Positions 25,299 through 38,595 of a stretch of 64,000 bases of DNA are shown piece after piece. The position numbers and the translations under genes were made by a program. Position 1 is the first letter of the stretch. Every line of letters starts with the position of its first letter. The DNA is from Eledone cirrhosa (taxonomy: Eukaryota). Below the pieces are notes generated by a model, which saw nothing but the letters and a program-made list of their open reading frames with translations, made no database searches and was not told the DNA's origin. The DNA is taken from contig OZ024757.1 of the NCBI GenBank assembly GCA_964016885.1, positions 42,656,001-42,720,000 on the forward strand, written 5' to 3'.

Positions 25299-26060
25299 GT
25301 GTGTGTATATATGTATATAATTTTATTCATTGCATCTCTCTTTCACTCACTATCTGTCTCTTGCTGTATCTTCCCCTCTCTCTTTCACTCACTATCTGTC
25401 TCTTGCTGTATCTTCCCCTCTCTCTTTCACTCACTATCTGTCTCTTGCTGTATCTTCCTCTCTCTATTTCACTCACTATCTGTCTCTTACTGTATCTTCC
25501 TCTCTCTCTTTCACTCACTATCTGTCTCTTACTGTATCTTCCCCTCTCTCTTTCACTCACTATCTGTCTCTTACTGTATCTTCCTCTCTCTTTCACTCAC
25601 TATCTGTCTCTTACCGTATCTTCCTCTCTCTCTTTCACTCACTATCTGTCTCTTACTGTATCTTCCTCGCTCTCCTTCACTCACTATCTATCTATCACTT
25701 TATAGACCTCTCTCTTTTTCTACATCGATCGCACCCTCTTTCTCTCACTATATAAAGCTCTGTATCTCTCTCTCTCTATCCCTGTCTCTCTTTCTCTCTC
25801 ACTATATATCTCTCTCTCTCTATCCCTGTCTCTCACACTCTCTCTAAACATCTATATCTCCCTGTCTCTCTCTCACTCTTTACATCTATTTATCTAACAC
25901 TTTCCCCTCTGTATCCATCTATCTGCCCCCTCTCTCTCACACACCCTCTAACCCTTTCCCCCCTTCCGTCTCTATCCATCCACCTATCCCTGTCTCTCAC
26001 ACACTCTCTCTAAACATCTATCTTTCCCATCTAACGCTCTGTCCCCTCGCCCCTTCCCCT
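24860..26060. repeat. (CT)-rich low-complexity region with (TA)/(TG) runs and a 39-bp minisatellite (~25335-25690, ~9 copies)
   Basis: ctctctttcactcactatctgtctcttrctgtatcttcc repeated; the 13-aa periodicity of track ORFs reflects the 39-bp period. Confidence 0.9.
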
Positions 26061-26164
26061 CTGTTGTGAGCCGCCCGCCACTCTTGTCATTCAGGCAGAA
26101 ACACTTGAAGAAGTATCACGTAATTTACCCTGTCTCTCAAGCGCCAGAAATTATATGTGCGTAC

Positions 26165-26210
<46 letters not shown>

Positions 26211-26299
26211 ATCACATTTATACATACATATGCACTTTTATACATACATGTTCACATTTATATATACATATATACACATTTATACATACATCTGTGTTT

Positions 26300-26720
26300 T
26301 ATCTTAAAAATCGAAATCGTCTGCTGGCTAAACTGATCGAATATCTGATGGAAAATCTATCGAAAACCATTCGATAATCTATAGAATATTAATCGAAAAT
26401 ATTTATCGAAAATCTATCGAATATTTATCGGATATTTATCAAAAATTGATTGGAAATTAACAGAAAATTGATTGACAGTTGAACATTGATTGAAATTCGA
26501 TCGAAACTCTATTGAAAATTGGTTGAATATTGATTGAACATTGAATATCGATCGAACATCTATTGAAAAATGATTGAAAGGTGATTGAACTTTGATCTAA
26601 AATTGATTGAAAATTGATTGAAAATTTATTGAACATTTATTTAAAAAATTGATCGCCATTCTATTGAAAATTGATCTATAATTCATCGAAAATCTATTGA
26701 AACTTTATCGGACATTGATC
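26300..26720. repeat. Degenerate ~11-12-bp AT-rich tandem repeat (atcgaaaatct / attgaaaattg)
   Basis: Repeated gaaaattgatt / tatcgaaaatc motifs. Confidence 0.7.
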
Positions 26721-26889
26721 AATGGACCCTCGGGATACTTCTTTTGATCTGTAACTATCGATTATAATATGATATCGATTGATCGAACTCTGTCAGTCTC
26801 CAGTGATGCCATCAATATAACTATCATCTGCTAATATAGACTTAACCAGACACGTGTACCCTTGACACAGTTCTCAGGGAGATTCAGCA
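26667..26889 (+). repeat. Copy 1 of a ~225-bp dispersed direct repeat (copy 2 at 29494-29721)
   Basis: Near-identical aaaattgatctataatt...ggaccctcgggatac...gacacagttctcagggagattcagca at both sites. Confidence 0.93.
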
Positions 26890-27692
26890 TGATTCCATCA
26901 ACAGAAAAGTCTTCTGCCTGACGTTCAAGTGCCCCAGCATTCTTCCACACAAGATTTGCCGCATCTATCAAAGGTAATGTCCATTTTAATATTATTTTAT
27001 AATATTTTATATTAGATATTTAAGTGACTGAGTATTCCGTAGATGTAGATGTAATCTCTAATATAGATAAAAGTTCTCAGGGAGATTCAGCATATATATC
27101 TTTCTCTTTAAATATAATTTGTTTTAATATTTTTTTTTTAATTGTTGGGTCGTCAAGTATGAAATTTGTAGAAATTTGCTTATTTTTCGACAAATTTAAT
27201 ACTTGACGACTCAATAGTTGTTGTTATAGTTGTTGTTGTTGTTATAGTTGTTGTTGTTATAGTTGTTGTAGTTGTGGCATGTTTAGGGATCTTTTAAACC
27301 TGGTGAAGCCCAGCACTTTCCAGGTCTTAACGCAGTCTGTTTTCTATAAAGGAAGAACCGACCGCAGTAAATAAGGGGTTTCTTCTTATGTCCTTTTTGG
27401 GGGGTCAAATTTGGGGTTATTTTAATGTAAAATGATATCGTTATTATCAATAAAATCGTTATTATCAATAAAATGTAGATTATTATCAATAAAATGTAGA
27501 TTATTTCAAACATTATATATATAATATATATATAATGAGGTTATAAAATTACAAGTAAGTATAAGGTGACAAATAGTTATCTGCTTTCCTTTATTTAGTT
27601 GTTCTTGTTATTTGTTTCTACAGTTTCAAAAAAATGTGAAAAAAAAACGAATATTTTATTTTATATTTTATTTTATATATTATCATTATTAC

Positions 27693-27798
27693 TCGGTTGA
27701 TAAATAAAGTATCAGTAACGTACTTGGTCGATTTAATCGACTTTACCCCCTCTCCCCTTCAAATTGTTGGCCTTGTGTCTATAGTAGAAACTATTATT
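27693..27798 (+). mobile_element. SINE 3' fragment resembling the abundant cephalopod tRNA-derived SINEs
   Basis: cggttgataaataaagtatcagt...ggtcgatttaatcgactttaccccctc...ggccttgtgtcta...gaaactattatt; recognised by resemblance from memory only; no A/B box head is present. Confidence 0.5.
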
Positions 27799-27879
27799 AC
27801 AGAAATATATTGATAAAGGTGTCAAAATATTGGTTCCTTCGTTAGTTTTTGGCCATTTTAGAAATATGTTGGCTGGGGA

Positions 27880-29400
27880 AAGCTTTGGTTGGTTTGGGGG
27901 GCATTTGTGACTTAGCCTACCCCAAACTCACAAACAAGTGGCCCCAGGGTGGTAGGAAGGTAGATAGATATAATATCTACATGTTTCAGTGAAATTATTT
28001 CCGTTAAATTATATTAAAAGCATTGAAATATTGAGATAAACATATTTTAAAAAAAATTGGTTGTAAGCGACGACATAAAATATGTCGGTTTTTGAGCAAA
28101 AGAATTCGAACGAAATTCTTCTCAGTTTTGGTTGTTTTGGGATATTTTCGGTTAACCTTCCCCAAACTCACAAACAAGTGGCCCCACGGTGGGAGGAAGG
28201 TAGATAAATGAAATATCTACATATTTCAGTGAAATTATTTCCGTTAAATTACATTAAAACTATGTCTACCATTGAAATATTGAGATAAACATATTTTTAA
28301 AAAAATTGGTTGTAACCAGACGACATAAAATATGTCGGTTTTTGAGCAAATAAACATATTTTTTAAAATTGATTGTACGCAGACGACATAAAATATATTG
28401 GAGGGTGGGGGGTCTTTGATGAAGGAAAAAAAACGAAGTTTTGGTTGGTTTGGGGGTATTTTTGACTGTTAACCTTCCCCAAACAAGTGGCCCCGGGGTG
28501 GTGGGAAGGTAGACAGATGTAATATCTACATATTTCGGTTAAGTTACATTAAAACTATGTCTACCATTGAAATATTGAGATAAAGAGATTTGTTTAAAAA
28601 TTGGTTGTAAGCAGACGACATAAACATGTCGGCTGGGAAAAGTCTTTGAGCGAAAGAATTCGAACGAAATTCTTCTCAGTTTTGGTTGTTTTGGGATATT
28701 TTCGGTTAACCTTCCCCAAACTCTCAAACAAGTGGCCCCACGGTGGGAGGAAGGTAGATAAATGAAATATCTACATATTTCAGTGAAATTATTTCCGTTA
28801 AATTACATTAAAACTATGTCTACCATTGAAATATTGAGATAAACATATTTTAAAAAAAATTGGTTGTAACCAGACGACATAAAATATGTCGGTTTTTGAG
28901 CAAATAAACATATTTTTTAAAATTGATTGTACGCAGACGACATAAAATATATTGGAGGGTGGGGGGTCTTTAATGAAGGAAAAAAAAACGAAGTTTTGGT
29001 TGGTTTGGGGGTATTTTTGACTGTTAACCTTCCCCAAACAAGTGGCCCCGGGGTGGTGGGAAGGTAGACAGATGTAATATCTACATATTTCGGTTAAGTT
29101 ACATTAAAACTATGTCTACCATTGAAATATTGAGATAAAGAGATTTGTTTAAAAATTGGTTGTAAGCAGACGACATAAACATGTCGGCTGGGAAAAGTCT
29201 TTGAGCGAAAGAATTCGAACGAAATTCTTCTCAGTTTTGGTTGTTTTGGGATATTTTCGGTTAACCTTCCCCAAACTCTCAAACAAGTGGCCCCACGGTG
29301 GGAGGAAGGTAGATAAATGAAATATCTACATATTTCAGTGAAATTATTTCCGTTAAATTACATTTAAACTATGTCTACCATTGAAATATTGAGATAAAAG
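27880..29400. repeat. Tandem repeat with a 555-bp higher-order unit made of ~245- and ~310-bp related monomers
   Basis: aaacaagtggcccc at 27932, 28172, 28481, 28726, 29036 and 29281; identical track ORFs at 28539 and 29094 (555 bp apart). Confidence 0.93.
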
Positions 29401-29493
29401 TCAGTCGAAATGTAACCGAAATGGTAGATATAAATAGTATGCCGATAATAAAAAAGTGAAGTAAGCAAAAATAGGCAAAAATAAATAATAATT

Positions 29494-29721
29494 AAAATTG
29501 ATCTATAATTGATCGAAAATCTATTGAAACTTTATCGAAGATTGATCGATGGACCCTCGGGATACTTCTTTTGATCTGTAACTATCGATTATGATATAAT
29601 ATGATATCGATTGATCGAACTCTGTCAGTCTCCAGTGATGCCATCAATATAACTATCATCTGCTAATATAGACTTAACCAGACACGTGTACCCTTGACAC
29701 AGTTCTCAGGGAGATTCAGCA
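29494..29721 (+). repeat. Copy 2 of the ~225-bp direct repeat, abutting the 41-bp satellite
   Basis: Matches 26667-26889. Confidence 0.93.
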
Positions 29722-32700
29722 AGATGATGACAGACAGTCTAATAACCTAGGTATACACAGTCACATGATGACAGACAGTCTAATAACCTAGGTATACACA
29801 GCCAGATGATGACAGACAGTCTAATAACATAGGTATACACAGCCATATGATGACAGATAGTCTAATAACCTAGGTATACACAGCCATATGATGACACATA
29901 GTCTAATAACCTGGGTATACACAGCCAGATGATGACAGGCAGTCTAATAACATAGGTATACACAGTCAGATGATGACATACAGTCTAATAACCTAGGTAT
30001 ACACAGCCATATGATGACAGATAGTCTAATAACCTAGGTATACACAGCCATATGATGACACATAGTCTAATAACCTAGGTATACACAGCCAGATGATGAC
30101 AGGCAGTCTAATAACCTAGGTATACACAGCCAGATGATGACACAGTCTAATAACCTAGGTATACACAGCCACTAGATGACAGATAGTCTAATAACCTAGG
30201 TATACACAGCCACTAGATGACAGATAGTCTAATAACCTAGGTATACACAGCCACTAGATGACAGATAGTCTAATAACCTAGGTATACACAGCCAGATGAT
30301 GACAGGCTGTCTAATAACCTAGGTACACAGAGAGATGATGACAGGCAGTCTAATAACCTAGGTATACACAGCCAGATGATGACAGACAGTCTAATAACAT
30401 AGGTATACACAGTCAGATGATGACATACAGTCTAATAACCTAGGTATACACAGCCATATGATGACAGATAGTCTAATAACCTAGGTATACACAGCCATAT
30501 GATGACACATAGTCTAATAACCTAGGTATACACAGCCAGATGATGACAGGCAGTCTAATAACCTAGGTATACACAGCCACTACATGACAGATAGTCTAAT
30601 AACCTAGGTATACACAGCCACTAGATGACAGACAGTCTAATAACCTAGGTGTACACAGCCAGATGATGACAGATAGTCTAATAACCTAGGTATACACAGC
30701 CAGATGATGACAGGCTGTCTAATAACCTAGGTACACAGAGATGATGACAGGCAGTCTAATAACCTAGGTATACACAGCCACTAGATGACAGACAGTCTAA
30801 TAACCTAGGTATACACAGCCAGATGATGACAGACAGTCTAATAACCTAGGTATACACAGCCACTAGATGACAGACAGTCTAATAACCTAGGTATACACAG
30901 CCAGATGATGACAGACAGTCTAATAACCTAGGTATACTCAGCCAGATGACAGACATTCGAATAACCTAGGTATACACAGCCAAGTAATGACATACTGTCT
31001 AGTAACCTAGCTATACACAGCCAGATGAACACAGACAGGCTAATAACGTAGCTATACACAGCCAGATGATGACAGACAGTCTAATAACCTAGGCATACAC
31101 AGCCACTAGTTGACAGACAGTCTAATAACCTAGGTATACACAGCCAGATGATGACAGACAGTCTAATAACCTAGATATACACAGTCAGATGATGACAGAC
31201 AGTCTAATAACCTAGGTATACACAGCCAGATAATGACACTCTAAGAACCTAGGTATACACAGCCAGATGATGACAGACAGCCTAATAACCTAGGTATACA
31301 CAGTCACATGATGACAGACAGTCTAATAACCTAGGTATACACAGCCAGATGATGACAGACAGTCTAATAACCTAGGTATACACAGTCAGATGATGACAGA
31401 CAGTCTAATAACCTAGGTATACACAGCCATATGATGACACATAGTCTAATAACCTAGGTATACACAGCCAGATGATGACAGACAGTCTAATAACCTAGAT
31501 ATACACAGCCAGATGATGACAGACAGTCTAATAACCTAGGTATACACAGCCACTAGATGACAGTTTAATAACCTAGGTATACACAGCCAGATGATGACAG
31601 ACAGTCTAATAACCTAGGTATACAGAGCCACTATATGACAGACAGTCTAATAACCTAGGTATACACAGCCAGATGATGACAGACAGTCTAATAACCTAGG
31701 TATACACAGCCAGATGATGACAGACAGTCTAATAACCTAGGTATACACAGCCAGATGATGACAGACAGTCTAATAACCTAGATATACACAGACAGATGAT
31801 GACAGCCAGTCTAATAACCTAGGTATACACAGCCAGATGATGACAGACAGTCTAATAACCTAGGTATACACAGCCAGATGATGACAGACAGTCTAATAAC
31901 CTAGGTATACACAGCCAGATGATGATAGAGAGTCTAATAACCTAGGTATACACAGCCAGATGATGACAGACAGTCTAATAACCTAGGTATACACAGCCAG
32001 ATGATGACAGACAGTCTAATAACCTAGGTATACACAGCCAGATGATGACAGACAGTCTAATAACCTAGGTATACACAGCCACTAGATGACAGATAGTCTA
32101 ATAACCTAGGTATACACAGCCAGATGATGACAGACAGTCTAATAACCTGGGCATACAGAGTCACTATATGACAGACAGTCTAATAACCTAGGTATACACA
32201 GCCAGATGATGACACAGTCTAATAACCTAGGTATACACAGCCAGATGATGACAGATAGTCTAATAACCTAGGTATACACAGCCACTAGATGACAGTCTAA
32301 TATCCTAGGTATACACAGCCAGATGATGACAGACAGTCTAATAACCTAGGTATACACAGTTAGATGATGACAGACAGTCTAATAACCTAGGTATACACAG
32401 CCAGATGATGACAGAGAGTCTAATAACCTCGGTATACACAGCCACTAGATGACAGTCTAATATCCTAGGTATACACAGCCAGATGATGACAGACAGTCTA
32501 ATAACCTAGGTATACACAGCCAGCTGATGACAGTCAGTCTAATAACTTTGGTATACACAGCCAGATGATGACAGACAGTCTAATAACCTAGGTATACACA
32601 GCCACTAGATGACAGACAGTCTAATAACCTAGGTATACACAGCCACTAGATGACAGACAGTCTAATAACCTAGGTATACACACCCAGTTAAGGACAGACA

Positions 32701-35700
32701 GTCTAATAAGCTAGGTATACACATCCACTAGATGACAGATAGTCTAATAACCTAGGTATACACAGCCAGATGATGACAGACAGTCTAATAACCTAGGCAT
32801 ACACAGCCACTAGATGACAGACAGTCTAATAACCTAGGTATAAACAGCCAGATGATGACAGACAGTCTAATAACCTAGGTATACACAGCCAGATAATGAC
32901 AGACAGTCTAATAACCTAGGTATACACTGCCCGATGATGACAGCAGTCTAATGACCTAGGTATACACAGCCAGATGATGACAGGCAGTCTAATAACCTAG
33001 GTATACACAGCCAGATGATGACAGACAGTCTAATAACCTAGGTATACACAGCCACTAGATGACAGAGAGTCTAATAACCTAGGTATACACAGCCAATAGA
33101 TGACAGACAGTCTAATAACCTAGGTATACACAGCCAGATGATGAAAGACAGTCTAATAACCTAGGTATACACAGCCAGATGAGGACAGACAGTCTAATAA
33201 CCTAGGTATACATAGCCACTAGATGACAGACAGTCTAATAACCTAGGTATACACAGCCAGCTGATGACAGTCAGTCTAATAACCTAGGTATACACAGCCA
33301 CTAGATGACAGACAGTCTAATAACCTAGGTATACACAGTCAGATGATGACAGACAGTCTAATATCCTAGGTATACACAGCCACTAGATGACAGACAGTCT
33401 AATAACCTAGGTATACACAGCCAGATGATGACAGACAGTCTAATAACCTAGGTATACACACCCAGTTGAGGACAGACAGTCTAATAAGCTAGGTATACAC
33501 AGCCAGATGATGACAGACAGTCTAATAACCTAGGTATACACACCCAGTTGAGGACAGACAGTCTAATAACCTAGGTATACAGAGCCACTATATGACAGAC
33601 AGTCTAATAACCTAGGTATAAACAGCCAGATGATGAGAGACAGTCTAATAACCTAGGTATACACAGCCAGATGATGACAGACAGTCTAATAACCTAGGTG
33701 TACACAGCCAGATAATGACAGACAGTCTAATAACCTAGGTATACACAGCCCGATGGTGACAGCAGTCTAATGACCTAGGTATACATAGCCAGATGATGAC
33801 AGGCAGTCTAATAACCTAGGTATACACAGCCAGATGATGACAGACAGTCTAATAACCTAGGTATACACAGCCAGATGATGACAGACAGTCTAATAAACTA
33901 GGTATACACAGCCACTAGATGACAGACAGTCTAATAACCGAGGTATACACAGCCAGATGATGACAGACAGTCTAATAACCGAGGTATACACAGCCAGATG
34001 ATGACAGACAGTCTAATAAACTAGGTATACACAACCAGATGATGACCGACAGTCTAATAACCTAGGTATACACAGCCACTAGATGACAGACAGTCTAATA
34101 ACCTAGGTATACACAGCCACTAGAGGACAGTCTAATATCCTAGGTATACACAGCCAGATGATGACAGACAGTCTAATAACCTAGGTATACACAACCAGAT
34201 GATGACAGTCAGTCTAATAACTTAGGTATACACTGCCAGATGATGACAGACAGTCTAATAACCTAGGTATACACAACCAGATGATGACAGTCAGTCTAAT
34301 AACTTAGGTATACACAGCCAGATGATGACAGACAGTCTAATAACCTAGGTATACACAGCCACTAGATGACAGACAGTCTAATAACCTAGGTATACACAGC
34401 CAGATGATGACAGACAGTCTAATAACCTAGGTATACACAGTCAGATGATGACAGACAATTTAATAACCTAGGTATACACAGCCAGATGATGACAGACAGT
34501 CTAATAACCTAGGTATACACAGCCAGATAATGACAGACAGTCTAATAACCTAGGTATACACAGCCCGATGATGACAGCAGTCTAATAACCTAGGTATACA
34601 CAGCCACTAGAAGACAGACAGTCTAATAACCTAGGTATACACAGCCACTAGATGACAGTCTAATATCCTAGGTATACACAGCCAGATGATGACAGACAGT
34701 CTAATAACCTAGGTATACACAGCCAGATGATGACAGGCTGTCTAATAACCTAGGTACACAGAGAGATGATGACAGGCAGTCTAATAACCTAGGTATACAC
34801 AGCCACTAGATGACAGACAGTCTAATAACCTAGGTATACACAGCCAGATGATGACAGACAGTCTAATAACCTAGGTATACACAGCCAGATGATGATAGAG
34901 AGTCTAATAACCTAGGTATACACAGCCAGATGATGACAGACAGTCTAATAACCTAGGTATACACAGCCAGATGATGACAGACAGTCTAATAACCTAGGTA
35001 TACACAGCCACTAGATGACAGACAGTCTAATAACCTAGGTATACACAGCCACTAGATGACAGACAGTCTAATAACCTAGGTATACACAGCCAGATGATGA
35101 CAGACAGTCTAATAGCCTAGGTATACACAGGCAGATGATGACAAACAGTCTAATAACCTAGGTATACACAGCCAGATGATGACAGAGAGTCTAATAACCT
35201 CGGTATACACAGCCAGCTGATGACAGACAGTCTAATAACCTAGGTATAAACAGTCACTAGATGACAGTCTAATATCCTAGGTATACACAGCCAGATGATG
35301 ACAGACAATCTAATAACCTAGGTATACACAGCCAGCTGATGACAGTCAGTCTAATAACTTAGGTATACACAGCCAGATGATGATAGACAGTCTAATAACC
35401 TAGGTATACACAGCCCGATGATGACAGACAGTCTAATAACCTAGGTTACACAGCCAGATGATGACAGACAGTCTAATAACCTAGGTATACACAGCCAGAT
35501 GATGACAGTCTAATAACCTAGGTATACACAGCCACTAGATGACAGACAGTCTAATAACCTCGGTATACACAGCCACTAGATGATAGTCTAATATCCTAGG
35601 TATACACAGCCAGATGATGACAGACAGTCTAATAACCTAGGTATACACAGCTAGATGATGACAGACAGTCTAATAACCTAGGTATACACAGCCAGATGAT

Positions 35701-38595
35701 GACAGAGTCTAATAACCTCGGTATACACAGCCACTAGATGACAGTCTAATATCCTAGGTATACAGAGCCAGATGATGACAGACAGTCTAATAACCTAGTT
35801 ATACACAGCTAGATGATGACAGACAGTCTAATAACCTAGGTATACACAGCCAGATGATGACAGAGAGTCTAATAACCTCGGTATACACAGCCACTAGATG
35901 ACAGTCTAATATCCTTGGTATACACAGCCAGATGATGACAGACAGTCTAATAACCTAGGTATACACAGTCAGACGATGACAGACAGTCTAATAACCTAGG
36001 TATACACAGCCAGATGATGACAGACAGTCTAATAACCTAGGTATACACAGCCAGATGATAACAGACAGTCTAATAACCTAGGTATACACAGACAGATGAT
36101 GACAGCCAGTCTAATAACCTAGGTATACACAGCCACTAGATGACAGACAGTCTAATAACCTAGGTATACACAGCCAGATGATGACAGACAGTCTAATAAC
36201 CTAGGTATACACAGCCAGATGATGATAGAGTCTAATAACCTAGGTATACACAGCCAGATGATGACAGACAGTCTAATAACCTAGGTATACACAGCCAGAT
36301 GATGACAGACAGTCTAATAACCTAGGTATACACAGCCACTAGATGACAGACAGTCTAATAACCTAGGTATACACAGCCACTAGATAACAGACAGTCTAAT
36401 AACCTAGGTATACACAGCCAGATGATGACAGACAGTCTAATAACCTCGGTATACACAGGCAGATGATGACAAACAGTCTAATAACCTAGGTATACACAGC
36501 CAGATGATGACAGAGAGTCTAATAACCTCGGTATACACAGCCAGATGATGACAGACAGTCTAATAACCTAGGTATAAACAGTCACTAGATGACAGTCTAA
36601 TATCCTAGGTATACACAGCCAGATGATGACAGACAATCTAATAACCTAGGTATACACAGCCAGCTGATGACAGTCAGTCTAATAACTTAGGTATACACAG
36701 CCAGATGATGACAGACAGTCTAATAACCTAGGTATACACAGCCCGATTATGACAGACAGTCTAATAACCTAGGTATACACAGCCAGATGATGACAGACAG
36801 TCTAATAACCTAGGTTACACAGCCAGATGATGACAGACAGTCTAATAACCTAGGTATACACAGCCAGATGATGACAGACAGTCTAATAACCTAGGTATAC
36901 ACAGCCACTAGATGACAGACAGTCTAATAACCTCGGTATACACAGCCACTAGATGACAGTCTAATATCCTAGGTATACACAGCCAGATGATGACAGACAG
37001 TCTAATAACCTAGGTATACACAGCAAGATGATGACAGACAGTCTAATAACCTAGGTATACACAGCCAGATGATGACAGAGAGTCTAATAACCTCGGTATA
37101 CACAGCCACTAGATGACAGTCTAATCTCCTAGGTATACACAGCCAGATGATGACAGACAGTCTAATAACCTAGGTATACACAGCCAGATGATGACAGACA
37201 GTCTAATAACCTAGGTATACACAGTCAGACGATGACAGACAGTCTAATAACCTAGGTATACACAGCCAGATGATGACAGACAGTCTAATAACCTAGGTAT
37301 ACACAGCCAGATGATGACAGACAGTCTAATAACCTAGGTATACACAGCCAGATGATGACAGTCTAATAAGCTAGGTATACAAACCCAGTTAATGACAGAC
37401 AGTCTAATAAGCTAGGTATACACAGCCAGATGATGACAGACAGTCTAATAACCTAGGTATACACAGCCAGATGATGACAGACAGTCTAATAACCTAGGTA
37501 TACACAGCCAGATGATGACAGACAGTCTAATAACCTAGGTATACACAGACAGATGATGACAGCCAGTCTAATAACCTAGGTATACACAGCCACTAGATGA
37601 CAGACAGTCTAATAACCTAGGTATACACAGCCAGATGATGACAGACAGTCTAATAACCTAGGTATACACAGCCAGATGATGATATAGAGTCTAATAACCT
37701 AGGTATACACAGCCAGATGATGACAGGCAGTCTAATAACCTAGGTATACACAGCCAGATGATGACAGACAGTCTAATAACCTAGGTATACACAGCCACTA
37801 GATGACAGACAGTCTAATAACCTAGTTATACACAGCTACTAGATGACAGGCAGTCTAATAACCTAGGTATACACAGCCAGATGATGACAGACAGTCTAAT
37901 AACCTCGGTATATACAGCCACTAGATGACAGACAGTCTAATAAGCTAGGTATACACAGCCACTAGATGACAGACAGTCTAATAACCTAGGTATACACAGC
38001 CAGATGATGACAGACAGTCTAATAGCCTAGGTATACACAGGCAGATGATGACAAACAGTCTAATAACCTAGGTATACACAGCGAGATGATGACAGAGAGT
38101 CTAATAACCTCGGTATACACAGCCAGATGATGACAGACAGTCTAATAACCTAGGTATAAACAGTCACTAGATGACAGTCTAATATCCTAGGTATACACAG
38201 CCAGATGATGACAGACAATCTAATAACCTAGGTATACACAGCCAGCTGATGACAGTCAGTCTAATAACTTAGGTATACACAGCCAGATGATGACAGACAG
38301 TCTAATAACCTAGGTATACACATCCCGATGATGACAGACAGTCTAATAAACTAGGTATACACAGCCAGATGATGACAGACAAACTAATAACCTAGGTATA
38401 CACAGCCCGATGATGACAGACAGTCTAATAACCTAGGTAGACACAGCTACTAAATGACAGACAGTCGAATAACCTAGGTATACACAGCCACTAGATGACA
38501 GACAGTCTAATAACCTAGGTATACACAGCCAGATGATGACAGACAGTCTAATAAACTAGGTATACACAGCTAGATGATGACAGACAGTCTAATAA
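29721..38595. repeat. 41-bp satellite, ~215 copies; consensus AGATGATGACAGACAGTCTAATAACCTAGGTATACACAGCC
   Basis: cctagg recurs every 41 bp (for example 31941, 31982, 32023); variants ccactagatgac and 37-bp deletion monomers. Confidence 0.98.

Noticed and set aside
20976-26377. Track ORFs rich in YI/CV/HT/LS dipeptides, and the poly-His ORF at 11978
   Set aside because: Translations of (TA)n, (TG)n, (CT)n and (GAT)n microsatellites and of the 39-bp minisatellite.
26667-29721. LTR retrotransposon or TRIM suggested by the direct repeats
   Set aside because: No TG..CA termini, PBS, PPT, target duplication or gag/pol remnants.
29721-38595. CRISPR-like look (palindromic repeat with a variable slot); ATGATGA resembling a snoRNA C box
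   Set aside because: No unique spacers, no cas genes and a eukaryotic context; no paired D box or terminal stem. It is a plain satellite.
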